Of a stretch of 64,000 nucleotides of DNA, positions 1 to 13,971 are shown in pieces. Numbering within the stretch: position 1 is the first letter of the stretch; every line of letters starts with the position of its first letter. The stretch comes from Eledone cirrhosa (taxonomy: Eukaryota). A program made the position numbers and the translations under genes. The notes below the pieces were generated by a model, which ran no database searches, was not told where the DNA came from, and was given only the letters and a program-made list of their open reading frames with translations. Where the stretch lies: contig OZ024748.1 of NCBI GenBank assembly GCA_964016885.1, positions 57,598,001 through 57,662,000 of the forward strand. Reading direction: 5' to 3'.

Positions 1-2
1 AC

Positions 3-38
<36 letters not shown>

Positions 39-565
39 GTGTATAAACACTGGTTATATACGCCCCAAAAACCATAACAAATCAGATCAATATATATACA
101 GAGAGCCTTTGAACATATTACTGTATCAAAGCACTACAAATATTTTATATCTTTGGAAGAAGCAAATAAATAAATAAATCTTGTCTATAATTCCGATAAT
201 TCAGTATACTTACATTTGCAGACCGCTTTTTTTTTTCTTAAATGATCCATGAAATATATAGTGTGTTTGATAGTTAAAAGAAAAACAAATCCCGTTACCC
301 GATTGCACACTACCGCTATCCGGAGAAGTCAATGCAACTAAAAACGCCCACCACGGCCAGCATTATTATTATTATTAGTATTATTTTCATATGAATAAAC
401 GCTACATATAATAGCAATGCCACCCAGCATCTGATAAAAGTTCCACCATCATCAATGAATGCACCTGTAAGTTAACATTCTAACAAATGAAGTTTTACGG
501 TAATATATACACCCATCGCAATATTGTAGCATGTACTCAAATTCTCTTGATCATACGTCCTCCCG

Positions 566-1132
<567 letters not shown>

Positions 1133-1242
1133 TTCAAATCCCGCCGAGGTTGACTTTGCCTTTTATCCTTACGGGGTCGATAAAATAAAGTACCAGTAAT
1201 GCACTAGGTAATTGCTGGCCTTGTGCCTAAAGTAGAAACAAT

Positions 1243-1244
<2 letters not shown>
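1133..1244 (+). mobile_element. tRNA-derived SINE, family A (5'-truncated)
   Basis: B-box-like TTCAAATCCC, then core GCCTTTTATCCTTACGGGGTCGATAAAATAAAGTACCAG and tail TTGCTGGCCTTGTGCCTAAAGTAGAAACAATTAT, shared with many copies in the window. Confidence 0.9.
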
Positions 1245-1275
<31 letters not shown>

Positions 1276-1281
1276 ATATAT

Positions 1282-1312
<31 letters not shown>

Positions 1313-1340
1313 AATATATATATATATAAATATATATATA

Positions 1341-1555
1341 GTTTTAATATAGATGAGATTCTACAGGACTAGAACTGTTTCATTCTTTAGAAATCATCAG
1401 GAATCTGGGTATCAAAAAATAAAAATGGTATTTATAGGTCTCTACAAGTGGTAGGAGAGGGTGGGGAGTGGGATGGGTGTAGGTCATTGGTTGATAGAAA
1501 AGGGAATTCATTAAAAGCTAATTCTACAAAGCTATAGTTTATTTTTATTTATTTA
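1341..1555 (-). mobile_element. Penelope-like element 3' end / pseudo-LTR fragment next to (TA)n
   Basis: Minus strand reads CCAAT ... TATAAATA ... hammerhead ... (TA)n, the layout expected of a PLE pLTR. Confidence 0.65.
1356..1406 (-). ncRNA. Type I hammerhead ribozyme
   Basis: Minus strand: AGAUUC-CUGAUGA-uUUCuaaaGAAu-GAA-ACAGuucuagucCUGU-A-GAAUCU; 6-bp stem I, 4-bp stem III, GUA triplet, U.U at the base of stem II. Confidence 0.8.
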
Positions 1556-1567
1556 TAAATATATATC

Positions 1568-1753
1568 GGAAAATGTTTATCCCCGACGGCAGAGCGCATG
1601 ACGGCTATTTCTGGACGAGTCCAGAAATAGCCGTCGAAAAGGCTTGAGCTCTGCCGTCGGGGTTAAACATTTTCCTATTAACCACTCTACTACCCTAAGT
1701 ATTGAGTACTCTGGTGTGTTATGGTCCATCTGGTTCCTTACCACACCTCCTTC

Positions 1754-1756
<3 letters not shown>
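1568..1756 (+). mobile_element. Fold-back HHR element, family P (copy 1), in (TA)n
   Basis: Inverted arm 1568-1598 pairs with about 1645-1675; retains ATGA + 17-bp hairpin (1600-1635) + GAAA; tail ends CCTTCGTT(TA)n as in the other four copies. Confidence 0.85.
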
Positions 1757-1806
<50 letters not shown>

Positions 1807-2020
1807 GGTGGTTTACCAGTGGGTAAAATTGGTCAATCTGCAAATATGAGAAAAGCACTCGACGTTATGCAACTCATCTTCAATGTTGAATCATGTTGGT
1901 GGTGCGGTAACGGAGTAAATGTGCACTGAAATATGCATAGGGTTTACAATAACAAATTAAGGAAAACCAACATATTTAGCAGGGTGTCTGTCTGGATTCA
2001 TATATATATATATATATATA

Positions 2021-2579
2021 TAAATGAAAATAGAGAAATTAATGTAAGCAAAAAGCCTACAATAATTAGACATATAAGTGACTATAACATCAAGATGAAA
2101 CATTTTTAACGAAAGATATGGGATATGTAATAAAATCTTAATTCAATAAAATCAAGAAAAAATACTTAATATGGGAAAACTACAAATGCACTATATAGTC
2201 TTAAAAGACTTTTCAGTGGGGTTAGTCACGGTTGGGGTCGATCTTCAGTAGTGCTCAAACACGTTAACTAACAAAAACTGCTAAAATGCCGGAGGGGAAT
2301 TGACAATAGGCAAGCGAACATCGGGTAGAATTGAAATAAGAAAACACACGTGGACACAGGCTAGTGATGCCGGGATGAGACGAAAATCTGTTTACAAGAA
2401 ACACCAGTCAAAACATTCCGAAAAAAACTCAACAAATATATTGAGTTCAGCCTAAGCAATATTACCGCAGTTATTTTACAAAAACTGGGATTAGTCACAA
2501 ATATTAATAAGCACTCAAGGACAGCTCCGAGTATTAATATATAAATGAAAATAGAGAAATTAATGTAAGCAAAAATCCT

Positions 2580-2585
<6 letters not shown>
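2021..2585 (-). mobile_element. Terminally redundant 521-bp unit with a hammerhead-like motif (retrozyme-like or non-autonomous PLE)
   Basis: 44-bp direct repeats at 2021-2064 and 2542-2585 (1 mismatch); (TA)n on both sides; HHR-like motif at 2188-2254. Confidence 0.7.
2188..2254 (-). ncRNA. Degenerate type I hammerhead ribozyme
   Basis: GCACUA-CUGAAGA-(27 nt, poorly paired)-GAAA-AGUCuuuuaaGACU-AUA-UAGUGC; stem I is 6 bp, stem III is off by one nt. Confidence 0.55.
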
Positions 2586-2617
<32 letters not shown>

Positions 2618-3229
2618 TTAGAAAATAAGTTTTTTTTTCAATATGAAAAAAAAAAACGAGATGTCCTACACGGGTGAAAGTATAAGGAAAAAAGATGAAA
2701 TCGAAAATGCAACTGGAGTCTTTTTAAGAATATTTATTTGCATCTTTTACCGGTTTCGCAGTTCTTATGCTTTTCAAATGTAGAATTGAGATAGAGGGTT
2801 TGTGGTTTTTCATATATATATATATATAGAGAGAGAGCGGGCGTGATTCCGGAAACATATACACACACACATGCATTTATGTGTGTGTATACATATATAT
2901 ATACATATTTCTGAGGGTCACAGCGAAGAATTACCATGGACAATATTTAGTCGTTGAAAAGTAGAATTTTATTTGAAAAAAGGGTCTGAGAAAGCTTCAT
3001 GTAAATGACCATGTAAAAATATCGTTAATGGATTCTGATTGCGTCTTCTAGTAATGTATAATATAGAGTAGATGTTTCTTATTACATATATGATTTTTAA
3101 TGTTTGCTTTTAGCAAGAAAATATATAACACATAAATTACAAAAGAAAAAAAAAGAATCAGAAAATGCGAATATGCAATATGTTTTTTTATATAACGAAA
3201 TAGCGTATGATAAACACATTTCTGAATGG

Positions 3230-3449
3230 GCCTCATTATCACCATCACAGTCATCATCATCATCATCATCCTCATCATTATATCATCATCATCCTTTATA
3301 TTCTCATAACACACTCCCTCCTCTGTACCATCACCCTCAGCATCATCATTATTAACATCATCACCATCATACTCTACATCGTCATACGACTCCACACCCC
3401 CTCTTAGCCCTCTTACATAACACCATCACCATCATTATTATCATCATCA
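3230..3449. repeat. (CAT)n-rich degenerate trinucleotide repeat
   Basis: Directly visible; it produces the His/Asp/Met-rich spurious ORFs and resumes at about 3670-3820 after a SINE. Confidence 0.85.
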
Positions 3450-3633
3450 TTGGCAGTATCGGTAGAGGGTCGGACGCCAAGCTTTGACGCATAGAGTTAC
3501 GGCCCTTGCCATTCTAAGTTCAAATCCCGCCGAGGTTAACTTTGCCTTCTATTCTTACGGGGTCGATAAAATAAAGTACCAGTAATGTACTGGGTATTTG
3601 CTGGCCTCATGCCAAAAGTATAAACAATCATTA
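3450..3633 (+). mobile_element. tRNA-derived SINE, family A
   Basis: A-box-like TGGCAGTATCGGTAGAG, B-box GTTCAAATCCC, core and tail as in other copies. Confidence 0.9.
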
Positions 3634-6031
3634 CTCTCCTCCTCATTTCATCTACATTAACCAATTCCTCATCTTCGTTATCATCATCGTCTTAGTCTTC
3701 TTTACTAGTAACATTATCATAATTCTTTCTATCATATTTATTACTCTTCCTTGAAATTATCATCATCATCATCTTCATTATCATCATTATCCTCGTTATT
3801 ATTGTCATATTTCTTATCATATTTCTTTAAATGGCCGTTCTCCATTTCATAGCAGTTTATTGTTGTTGTTATTCGGCACCGTTCCATATATGACTAATTA
3901 ACGATCTTGTCAATTGAGAAAAAAGTCTAGTAAAATGTTATCCAAATGTACTGGCAGTTGTACAATATATACACTCACTACACACTAGCGCGCATTCACA
4001 TTGACACTTACACACACTCACACACGCATGCAGATATACACATATACGTGAAGATACTCTTGTAAATATACACAAATATACATGTGTGTATATGTATATA
4101 TCTAAATATGTGTATATATCTTCATATGTGTATGCGTGTATTTATATGTATGTACATATACACACTGGGGAATGAATATATATATATATATAATATATAT
4201 ATATTATACATAAATAATTTTCATTTCTTTTAATTTATGGCTGAGTAGTAAAAACGTACGATTTCTTTCACATAATTACCGACATACATTTATTTTTCTG
4301 AAAAGTTGTTATATCTATATTCACCATAGACGGTGTCTCATTGCATCCACGAGAGAATATAGCAATTCATGAATTATTCACTTACTTTAAGAAATAAGTG
4401 CTGCAGTGATATATGAATGATGAGCTTGGACGGCGGTATGGAATCTTTTGAATCTATATGTAATATAATCAAAACTTAATGAAGATTTATATATATATGT
4501 ATAACGTTACAATTATTCATGTGGTTGTTTCTAACTAGTTTATTTAATATAATCTACGTATTGTAGACATTAATAATATATTTTAGATTTAAATGAGAAG
4601 CTACAATAATAGAAAAACAAATAATCTTAACTAATTTTGAGAAAGATTTTAAAGAACACGTCAACATTTCTGCTTGTATACTCTGTAAACTGCTAAAACG
4701 AAAGGGGAATATCACACCAAAACTATAAAATATATAAATTGACTTGGACCTGGTTAATAATATGATCGGCGTTTTTCTTTTCTAATACGGGGAATTGTAC
4801 AGTGTTTAACTTCTTAATCTACATAAAGATTTTTGCCTAGAAGAATTCGGGCTCTTGCATGGAGTATACTTTCTACATCGTTGGGTTTATTGGAAATAAT
4901 GGAGTACTGAAAATTAGGACAGTAATAAATTTGGTTTTGATGATAAATGCGTAGTAGTCTTAAACCCTTTTATTTTAAAAAAACGACACAAAATACCTCT
5001 GATTTTACAATACAAACCTTTATATTTAGCTAAAAACCATGCACCATAATGTTCTTAAAGGTCGCATGTTGCGCTATGTTCCAAAGACCAGTTTTAAGCA
5101 GATGTTTCAAAAGAAGCTGAACAAACCATTTACATTATTGATACCTTTCCAGTTCTTAAGATAAATAAATTCCTATCAGAGGTAGATTTTCACGAATGAA
5201 GTAGATGTTTTACTTATGTGGATAAAATTAATTTGGTAATGAGAAAAAGGAAATTAAGAAAAATCCGTTCTGATGCTAAACTGCGAATTACTTTTTCCAT
5301 ATTTCGTGCAGCAGCATTATGAATTGCAAAAGGATATAATTTGCACTTGTAAGCAAATTTGAATATGGTTCCATTTGCATCGATATATATATATATATAT
5401 ATTATTTTTAGATCAACCTAAAGTTTAGATAAATGTAAGCTAGATATAAATACAAATACAATTCTTTGAAAAATAATGTGTGAAGTGTAAATAATTTCAA
5501 ATTCATACAAAGATTATGAACATTATTTTTATGAATTTCATATTCTGTTGCTATATTTTGAGAACAAACTCTCACATGTTTTCCTGTATGGAGCAATATT
5601 CCTATAGTAATGTTATATATTCTGTTATACATTTTCATTATGTATCTGATTACAATGATAAACACATACAGGTTATGCTGACCGACCATTCTCCCTTTTT
5701 TAACGAGTATACAGTATTATCAGAAATGGGTTTGTATGATATTTGTTTGTCTGTGTACAGAGGAATATTTGGAAGACTTTTTAATACATATATTATTTTG
5801 TTCACAACAAAGGCCTCTGATTCAAAACCGTTCCTTGTATCTATCTTATAGTGACCTTATCTTTAAATGAATAATGTGTTCTGGCATAAATATTTATGAC
5901 ACACACACATACATACACGCGTAACTTCATGTATTTATATTAGCATGCATATATATCGATATATATATATATAAATACGTACAATATATGTCTATTTATG
6001 TATGTATATATATATATGTATATTTATGATT

Positions 6032-6360
6032 AGGCTGTGAATTGGCAGAGTCGTTAGAAAGTCAGATAAAATGCTTTATATTATTCGTTACGGCTCTCTG
6101 CTCTCGGAGTTTAAATCCTGCCGAGGTAAACTTTGCCTTTCTTCCTTTCGAGGTCAATAAAAAAGTACCAGTGTAGTACTGGGGTCGATTCTTCCTCTAT
6201 ATCTCTTTATCATTTCCTCTCTTTCCCACTTTCTCTCCTTCTCTAGAAAAAAGTTGCTCTACTTAGGCCTGGAAAGGGCTGGGGCCCGTCAGGCTTAGAA
6301 TTCCCAAGAAACGCTATATGTCAATACGACGCCCCTACGATTCTATCAGCTGTTACGAAA
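6032..6360 (+). mobile_element. SINE family A head and core with an alternative 3' tail
   Basis: TTGGCAGAGTCGTTAG...GTTTAAATCCTGCCGAGG...AGTACCAGTGTAGTACTGGGGTCGAT, then a pyrimidine-rich tail resembling the copy at 19331. Confidence 0.75.
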
Positions 6361-6639
6361 CCATACATAGATATAGATTTATGTATATTTATCTTTATGT
6401 ATACACACACGCACACACGCACACACGCATACGCAAATGCACACACACAATGTGTGATTGTTATGTGCGTGCGAAACGGAAAACACTAAGAAATGCTGCA
6501 ACAGATATCTAGAGAGTGCTGTGGGACGAATCATCACGTATAAATATTTGTGGTGTTACATTTTCTAATATTTTCCAAATATCTGCTAAAAATTCCATTA
6601 TTAATTAAAATTCACCAAAGTATACTCGTAAATGGCTGG

Positions 6640-6890
6640 ATGATCATGGCTTAGTGGTTAGTGTGCTGGACTGGGTTGTGCGTTGTGTTCTTGAGCTGAA
6701 CACATTTCACGTTGTCCAGTATACTCAGATGAAAAGAGTGCCAGAAATTGCTGGGTCTTTAAAACTGCTATGGATGGGTGTCGTACCCAGTGGGGAGTTT
6801 TGTCGTTTCAGTCGCTTAACGACATGTACACATGGATAAGCACCGGCTTGTTGAGCTTTCGTGCTTGTGAAAGACTTTAGACTTAAGAAT
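6640..6890 (+). mobile_element. tRNA-derived SINE, family B (degenerate)
   Basis: Head TGGCTTAGTGGTTAG, then GTTGTGTTCTTGAGC...TTTCACGTTG; similar to 31660, 45390 and 36520(-). Confidence 0.6.
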
Positions 6891-7201
6891 AAATAAAGAA
6901 CTTTCATTTTATTTACTCAAGGGAGGAATTTCGAATAACAAATGATGTTACTTGGACCAGGAACTGAAATCATATCGTGTTCATGTTTCTGTTTATAGAT
7001 AGATTCCAACATGTTTTACCATTCTTGGATGAATATATATATAATATTGTTACCAAGGAAACAATTGTATCTACTTTTTCATTATGTACGTTATTTTCCG
7101 TCTGAATAATTCTTTGAAATATATTTTCTCTATTCATCATCGTCTGTCTCAGTCTTTGTAATACATATTTCGGCGTCTTCCAACTCGCACACATCTCCAC
7201 A

Positions 7202-7202
<1 letters not shown>

Positions 7203-7263
<61 letters not shown>
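7203..7263. repeat. (TCTA)n tetranucleotide microsatellite
   Basis: Directly visible. Confidence 0.95.
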
Positions 7264-7337
7264 AAAGTGGTAGACTAAGTAAATATCTAGAAAGATTGTA
7301 ATCTGGAAAGCGCACGTCGAAACGGAAATAACCATAA

Positions 7338-7437
7338 TATTTATTTCTGCTTATGGCACAAGGCCAGCAATTATCCCAGTGCATTACTGGTACTTTATTT
7401 TATCGACCCCGTAATGATGAAAGGCAAAGTTAACCTT
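7338..7437 (-). mobile_element. SINE family A, 3' half
   Basis: Reverse complement of core and tail (GGCACAAGGCCAGCAATT...TACTGGTACTTTATTTTATCGACCCC). Confidence 0.9.
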
Positions 7438-7446
7438 TAACTTATA

Positions 7447-7626
7447 TATAGAATGGAAAACGAAAAATCAGTGATGCCGGGGAAACAATTGTAACACACA
7501 ATAAATTGAGTTCCGATGCATCACTGACTTTTCGTTTTCCATTCTATAATATTCTGCTGCTCCGTGGGAGCATAGAGTGCTCAACCGGCATACCGCCTAT
7601 GGAAGCATCTTCACTAACATTAGACA
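7447..7626 (+). mobile_element. Fold-back PLE-like fragment with the 3' half of a minimal HHR
   Basis: 31-bp inverted arms at 7447-7477 and 7518-7548 (1 mismatch); loop contains GAAACAATTGTA; tail hairpin TGCTC...GAGTGCT; TA repeats on both sides. Confidence 0.7.
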
Positions 7627-7633
7627 TATATAA

Positions 7634-7666
<33 letters not shown>

Positions 7667-8375
7667 ATGTGATTGTGTGTGCGTGTGAATTTATGTATGT
7701 GGATGAAATGTTTCTTTTTCCAGTTTAAAAGTATCTGTCTTTATACTTGCCTATCTTTTCCGAAATGTTTCCTTCATATCTTATATTGCTATTCTTTCGA
7801 CCATAGATAATTCATGTTTCCTATTATCTCACCCAACCTCAATATTGATTCTGGCTCAAAATCCATGCAAATAGCTGTCAAGACAACAAACACAAGTACA
7901 GCACATATGTAACTAGGAAATTAAAAGAACAAAACATGGGAAACATACGCACGCTTACACTTACATATATATGAAAATGAACATACTTACACTCATACTT
8001 ATGTAGACGGCCACACACATAACAACTCACACATATGTATACGAATACACGTACGTATGTACACGAAGATACACACACACACATGCACACGCATACACAC
8101 ACTCACACATATGTACACAAACTCACATATATGTACACAAATGCACATACACTCTCACATATACATATGTACACTAACATACACACACGTATGTCCACGA
8201 ACACACACACACTTACACACAGATAATCACACACATACAATACAAACAAACGGGAATGAAGATCCAGGTCTTTAAACTTTAACCAAGTGAAACCTTATTT
8301 CCAGTATTCTTATGTATATTTTTCATTCTGAGAAACCGCTATTCAAAAAAAGAGGATGCTCAACTAATCACTTCT

Positions 8376-8520
8376 GCTACTACTACCCCCCTCCCCTCGT
8401 CCTCCTCCTCCTCCTCCTCCTCCTACTACTACTACTACTACTACTACTAATAATAATAATAACAATTACTACTACTGACGATGATGATGATAAATAATAA
8501 TATTAATAATAATATTAATA
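8376..8520. repeat. Compound trinucleotide repeat (CTA)/(CCT)/(CTA)/(TAA)/(GAT)
   Basis: Directly visible. Confidence 0.9.
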
Positions 8521-8985
8521 AAATTAAAACAAATTGTATTATAAAAGAAAATTCACGCTTTGTTGCGAGGCAACAATGGCGAATAATAAAGACCCCCCCC
8601 CTCACACACACACACGTGTACCCCCGAACCCCCCAGAACCCCCAACCCGACAACAAACAACATCCCCACGAAATATTATATCCCAATTAATCCATTTATT
8701 GTTGTATATCACTTTAGAATCGTGGATCTTCTGGTATTAGAAAACATAGATTACGTGATCTAGCTATTAGGATATTAATATACAAAGTGACATATTGTTG
8801 ACAACATACAAAGATGGCTTCGATGTAAGTTAGATGAGTGACTTAAAATAGCACATCCATCATATAATGAATGGTTATCAGCTAAATCTTAACTTACGTC
8901 TACTTTTACTTTAATTTATTTTGTTTATAGTGTGTATTTTTGTTATACGTTTTAATAGAGTGGATATTGGATGTTTGATTTGAAG

Positions 8986-9057
8986 TATATATATTTGCGT
9001 GCGTGTATATATATATATATGTGTATATATATATATACATATATATATATATGCTTA

Positions 9058-9112
<55 letters not shown>

Positions 9113-9262
9113 CTTATGTATATGTGTGTGTATATATATATATATACTTATACATATGTGTGTGTATATATATATGCTTATGTATATGTGTGTGTGTATA
9201 TATATATATAAATATATATATATGCTTGTGTATATATATATATTTAAATATATATATATGCT

Positions 9263-9293
<31 letters not shown>

Positions 9294-9300
9294 GCTTATG

Positions 9301-9339
<39 letters not shown>

Positions 9340-9580
9340 TTATGTATATGTGTGTATATATATGTGTATATATATATATATATATGCTTATGTATGTGTG
9401 TATATATATATAAATATATATATATATATACTTATGTATATGTGTGTATATATATGTTTATGTATATGTGTGTATATATATGTTTATGTATATATATATA
9501 CATATAAACATAAGTATATATATATATATTTATATATGTATATATATATATATGTATGTATGTATGTGAGTGTGTGTGTA
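8986..9580. repeat. (TA)/(TG) array with a recurring TATGCTTATGTATATGTG higher-order unit
   Basis: The GCTTATG motif recurs several times between 9053 and 9392. Confidence 0.85.
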
Positions 9581-10101
9581 GTTATATTCTTATATCGCTG
9601 TGGATACAACACATCTGTGTATTTCTATGCGGGATTAGGTATCTGAACAAACTGGGTTACTACACAATAAAATGAAAATATTTGCCGTATCCAAAACATT
9701 TAAAAACACAACAAGTATATGTACAGACACAACATCACAATAACATATACCAACAAAGAAACAAATAAAGCGAAACACAACATAGAAATACTAATCAAGT
9801 TACGACGTATCAGAAATATTTTTGATGACATGAAAAGTACATATTACTGTTTTTTTTCTTTATAGCAAAGTACTGCTCACACACGTGCCTTAAACAAATA
9901 TAATTTTCCATGTACTGTAGCGTTTCTTTCGTTATTTTGTTGTTTCTGTTTACCTTTTAGACGTACACACACACACACACACAGACACACATACACATAT
10001 ATATATTTATACATACACATATATATATTTATACACACACACACACATATATACATATATATATATACATTTATACACATGGACACATACATACACACAC
10101 G

Positions 10102-10171
<70 letters not shown>

Positions 10172-10537
10172 ATGTGTGTAAATACACACATTCATATTCA
10201 TTATGTGTACCAGTATGAGATCAGATCTATATCTGAACTTATCAAAGCTTAATGCTTTGATAATCATTTGTTTGTAGAAATTGGCCTAATAGCCATTTCT
10301 GTCAAATTGGAAAACAACTACTTTATGTGTTGCAGATGTTGTTGTTGCTGTCGATAACATATTATCTGTTGCTCAACAGAGATAAAGGTGACATACGCTA
10401 GTGTTTGGTGATGGGCGAATCGATTATACTTTCACTAATAACAGCATGGTGAGTTTTTGAATAGGTTTATGATTATAAAAGAGGGATTCTATTTAAATAT
10501 TATTTTGCGATGTGTCATCGTTAAGTGTTTCTTCTTA

Positions 10538-10690
10538 TTGGCAGAGTCATCAGAACGTCTGATAGAATGCTATGTGACATTCGTCCCGACTCACTGCAGC
10601 CTGATTTCAAATCCTATCGAGGCAAACTTTGTCTTTCATTCTTTGATATTCTTTAAAATATCCCACTCTCATACGGGGACGTATTCGTCC
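10538..10690 (+). mobile_element. SINE family A, degenerate
   Basis: TTGGCAGAGTCATCAGAACG...TTCAAATCCTATCGAGGCAAACTTTGTCTTTCAT. Confidence 0.65.
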
Positions 10691-11186
10691 ACTAGTTTTT
10701 ATTTCCCACCTTCTTTATCTCATTTCCTGGAGAAAATTGGCTGTGTTCAATGCTGGAGAAGGAATGAGATTTGCTCGATTTTCCTTATATAGGATATGTT
10801 TTGATAAGACAGTCATATCAAAACACAAAGAAATACTTTGTATACATTTGAACTTCCTGTCTGACGGAAACTCATTGAATATTTGTAATATAACGACATG
10901 TTGATGGCTTTGAAATGTGGATAATGGTATGATGTTATGTCATAAATTGATTTTGAATATGTGATACCGTCATACTTCCTTTTCTATAATTTTTGGCAAA
11001 GCCAGGAGAGTGCGTGGTTTTGATAAACGCCAAGCAGCGAGAAACAGCTGTCAGCCACTCTCCCAACGTTTGCAGAAAATATAAGTGACATTGTGACTAC
11101 TTTAAAACTGATAACGAATGTTCTTCTAAATGTTTTTAATTAAAAATACGGTATATTGCCAAATATACTATACATACATATATATA

Positions 11187-11242
<56 letters not shown>

Positions 11243-11332
11243 TTAGTTAAGCAAAACAAGACCACAACATTCACGTGGAAGACGTTAGTTAAAGAGTATC
11301 AATATATATATATATATATATATATATACGAA

Positions 11333-11569
11333 CAGGAACAAATTATCAATATAACATACGTTTATTTACAGGTGATGTGCGTTGCATGATCGATCAGCTC
11401 AAGGTACGATCGGTACTGATCGGGCTCAACTGTGGAGTCCATATATTGCAGATTCTCGGAGCTATTGATTCCAGAGCCAGGACAAATCTCTACCGATCGT
11501 ACAAGGAACCGATCTATTGCGAAACACGCCTCACGTGTGAATAAGCGTAATTATGTTATTTCGTTCCTG
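11333..11569 (+). mobile_element. Old imperfect fold-back element beside (TA)n with a partial HHR motif
   Basis: About 80-bp imperfect inverted arms (CAGGAAC...GTACGATCGGTA / TACCGATCGTAC...GTTCCTG); CGAAACACG at 11520. Confidence 0.5.
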
Positions 11570-11733
11570 CAACTTATTCATATTATTAACACACATGTTC
11601 CTAAGGATACTACCTATGGTAAAATACCAAACGTAGAATCTCACAGCACTAGCCGGACCTAAATATTAGCATTGATTGTACAAACTGGTGAAGCATCACT
11701 AACTAAACATTACACACAAATATACAATATATC

Positions 11734-11774
<41 letters not shown>

Positions 11775-11775
11775 C

Positions 11776-11812
<37 letters not shown>

Positions 11813-11983
11813 CCACGTGTTTTCTTTTATGTACTTAATATTCTAGAAACTAAGAAACACATCTCACCGCTAGTAAACATTTGTTCACACAATGATTGCT
11901 TATCATATTGATGCTCACATAAAATTTGTCCTAAGCCTATATAGATTAAACATGCCTACGTTCTTAAACACACACACACACAT

Positions 11984-12014
<31 letters not shown>

Positions 12015-12031
12015 CATGAATATATATATAT

Positions 12032-12065
<34 letters not shown>

Positions 12066-13197
12066 TATATATATGAATCTATCTCTCTATATGTGTATGT
12101 ATATGCTTGTGTGTTTGTATGTTTGAAGTAAACTTCCCATATTTTTCCTGGTGTGAGCTATCCAGCTGTCTCCATGTAAATAGAGACACGCACATACACA
12201 AACTCACAGTTAGACACATATACACACATGTTTATATAGATATATGCATGTAAGGTATCTGCATATGCATACGAATGTGTATGTATAAGTGAATACGTCC
12301 ATACATAAACCTAGTTATAACTTTGACAGATCATGTGGATATCCACACTCAACGTACATATTCCCGCATGACTAAAATGAACACAAATATATACAATATA
12401 AGTCGTGATTTACACAGTCTGTAGACATTGCGGTTTATTTCATAATAGATGGATTAGGGATTATTTAGTGAGACGGATCTAAACTTCACATAAAAAATTA
12501 ATATGCTAATGGTGTCTAGCAACGTATGGCAAACTGTAAATTCTCGACAAACACAAAGTCATTTCAATCTTGTAGATGGCTTTCGTGTTTCTGTCAGTAA
12601 GGAACTATATAGATAAGATATGTCTGCTTGTTATTGTTTTAAATTCTCGTCAGTATTGATTGAGTAGACCTAAGTTCGAATGATATCCAGCGAAGACCAC
12701 CTCCTTTTTATGTATGTATCTGTTGCCCATTATTTAATCGGCATCTTTTTGTTTTATGAGACACATTGTCAAATATGTCATTTCCTTTTAAAAAAAAATA
12801 CCCAATTATAAGCTTATTCCTAAGATATATCATTATTCATTCACTTGGAAAATGATGCAGATATTGTCTTTGGTTTATAAGTGTCAGATATAGAATAGTT
12901 TTTAGGTAACATATTTCTCTGACCACTGCACCGAATAATGATCACCATTATTTTCTGCAACAAGTATATATATTCTTTCACGCCTGTCAACCCTATTTAT
13001 AATTTCTTTTTTTCTCTAGCTGAATACAAGATATTTCGATTTAGTCTGCTTTCATTTTCCGGACATCTGGAATTGTTTGCTTTCTGTCAGGTGTCAAATT
13101 AACTACTGTATTTGAACTATAAAGAGACGGTCGAGGTTTTGAGTATCATAGCACCAAAGAGAATCGTTGTATAGAAAGTATCCGGGATGATCTAAAC

Positions 13198-13482
13198 CAG
13201 GCATGGGCAACGTTTTTCGAAATGCAGACAAGGTGGACCGCAAGTGCTAATTTACATTCGTGCCCACATTTAAAAAAGGGTGGTGACTCAGGTTGTTTTG
13301 ATTTGTTTCTTGAGAATTCGTACGCGTTCTTTTCGTCGATCGTAAACATGATAGAAAGATGAATTACGACTGAAAGGTTGGGGTAAAAAATCAGAAAGAT
13401 TTCACTTAGGTGACTTAGGCGAGCCATTCAGAAAGCTTCGCTGGCAGGAGGGGGCACGCGTGCCGCAGGTTGCCCATGACTG
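13198..13482. mobile_element. hAT (Charlie-like) MITE, 285 bp
   Basis: TIRs CAGGCATGGGCAAC / GTTGCCCATGACTG; 8-bp flanks ATCTAAAC and AAGTAAAC (decayed TSD, 6/8 match). Confidence 0.8.
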
Positions 13483-13822
13483 AAGTAAACAATTTTTATA
13501 TTTTCTTTATGTTCACAGCACAAACAACGACATTTTATGATGTCAATTTTTATAAATGCATTTATTAAAAGAACAGGAACCTAATACCATATTGTCACGG
13601 GATGATATATAAACAACTGGCTCTTTATCATATAGGTTATGTTGTATTTAGATATTGTTGTTTGAATAGATATTCGTACCGTCGTATCGATAATAACTTG
13701 TCTAATATATGGGCTCTGCATAGCAATTTATGTGTTGTACTGTTTAACATTGTCAACAGAGTCACGGTTTCACCGTTACTTTTCACAGTATGCTTTATAT
13801 CATCCGGTTGAGAGAGACTTTA

Positions 13823-13971
13823 TCTTCACTCACAGTCTGTTTTGTCGAATTTCAATTTCTCTTCACTCACAGTCTGTTTTGTCGAATTTCAATTTCTCTT
13901 CACTCACAGTCTGTTTTGTTGAATTTCAATTTCTCTTCAATCTCAGTCTGTTTTGTCGAATTTCAAGTTTC
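13823..13971. repeat. 37-bp minisatellite, 4 units
   Basis: Unit TCTTCACTCACAGTCTGTTTTGTCGAATTTCAATTTC starting at 13823, 13860, 13897 and 13934. Confidence 0.95.

Noticed and set aside
3048-3407. Asp/Met/His-rich ORFs
   Set aside because: Products of a (CAT)n repeat with no domain evidence.
5040-5200. Gypsy RT-like peptide DTFPVLKINKFLSEV
   Set aside because: A single short motif with no flanking domains or LTRs.
13823-13971. 37-bp repeats resembling a CRISPR repeat length
   Set aside because: Units are directly adjacent with no spacers, no cas genes are present and the context is eukaryotic.
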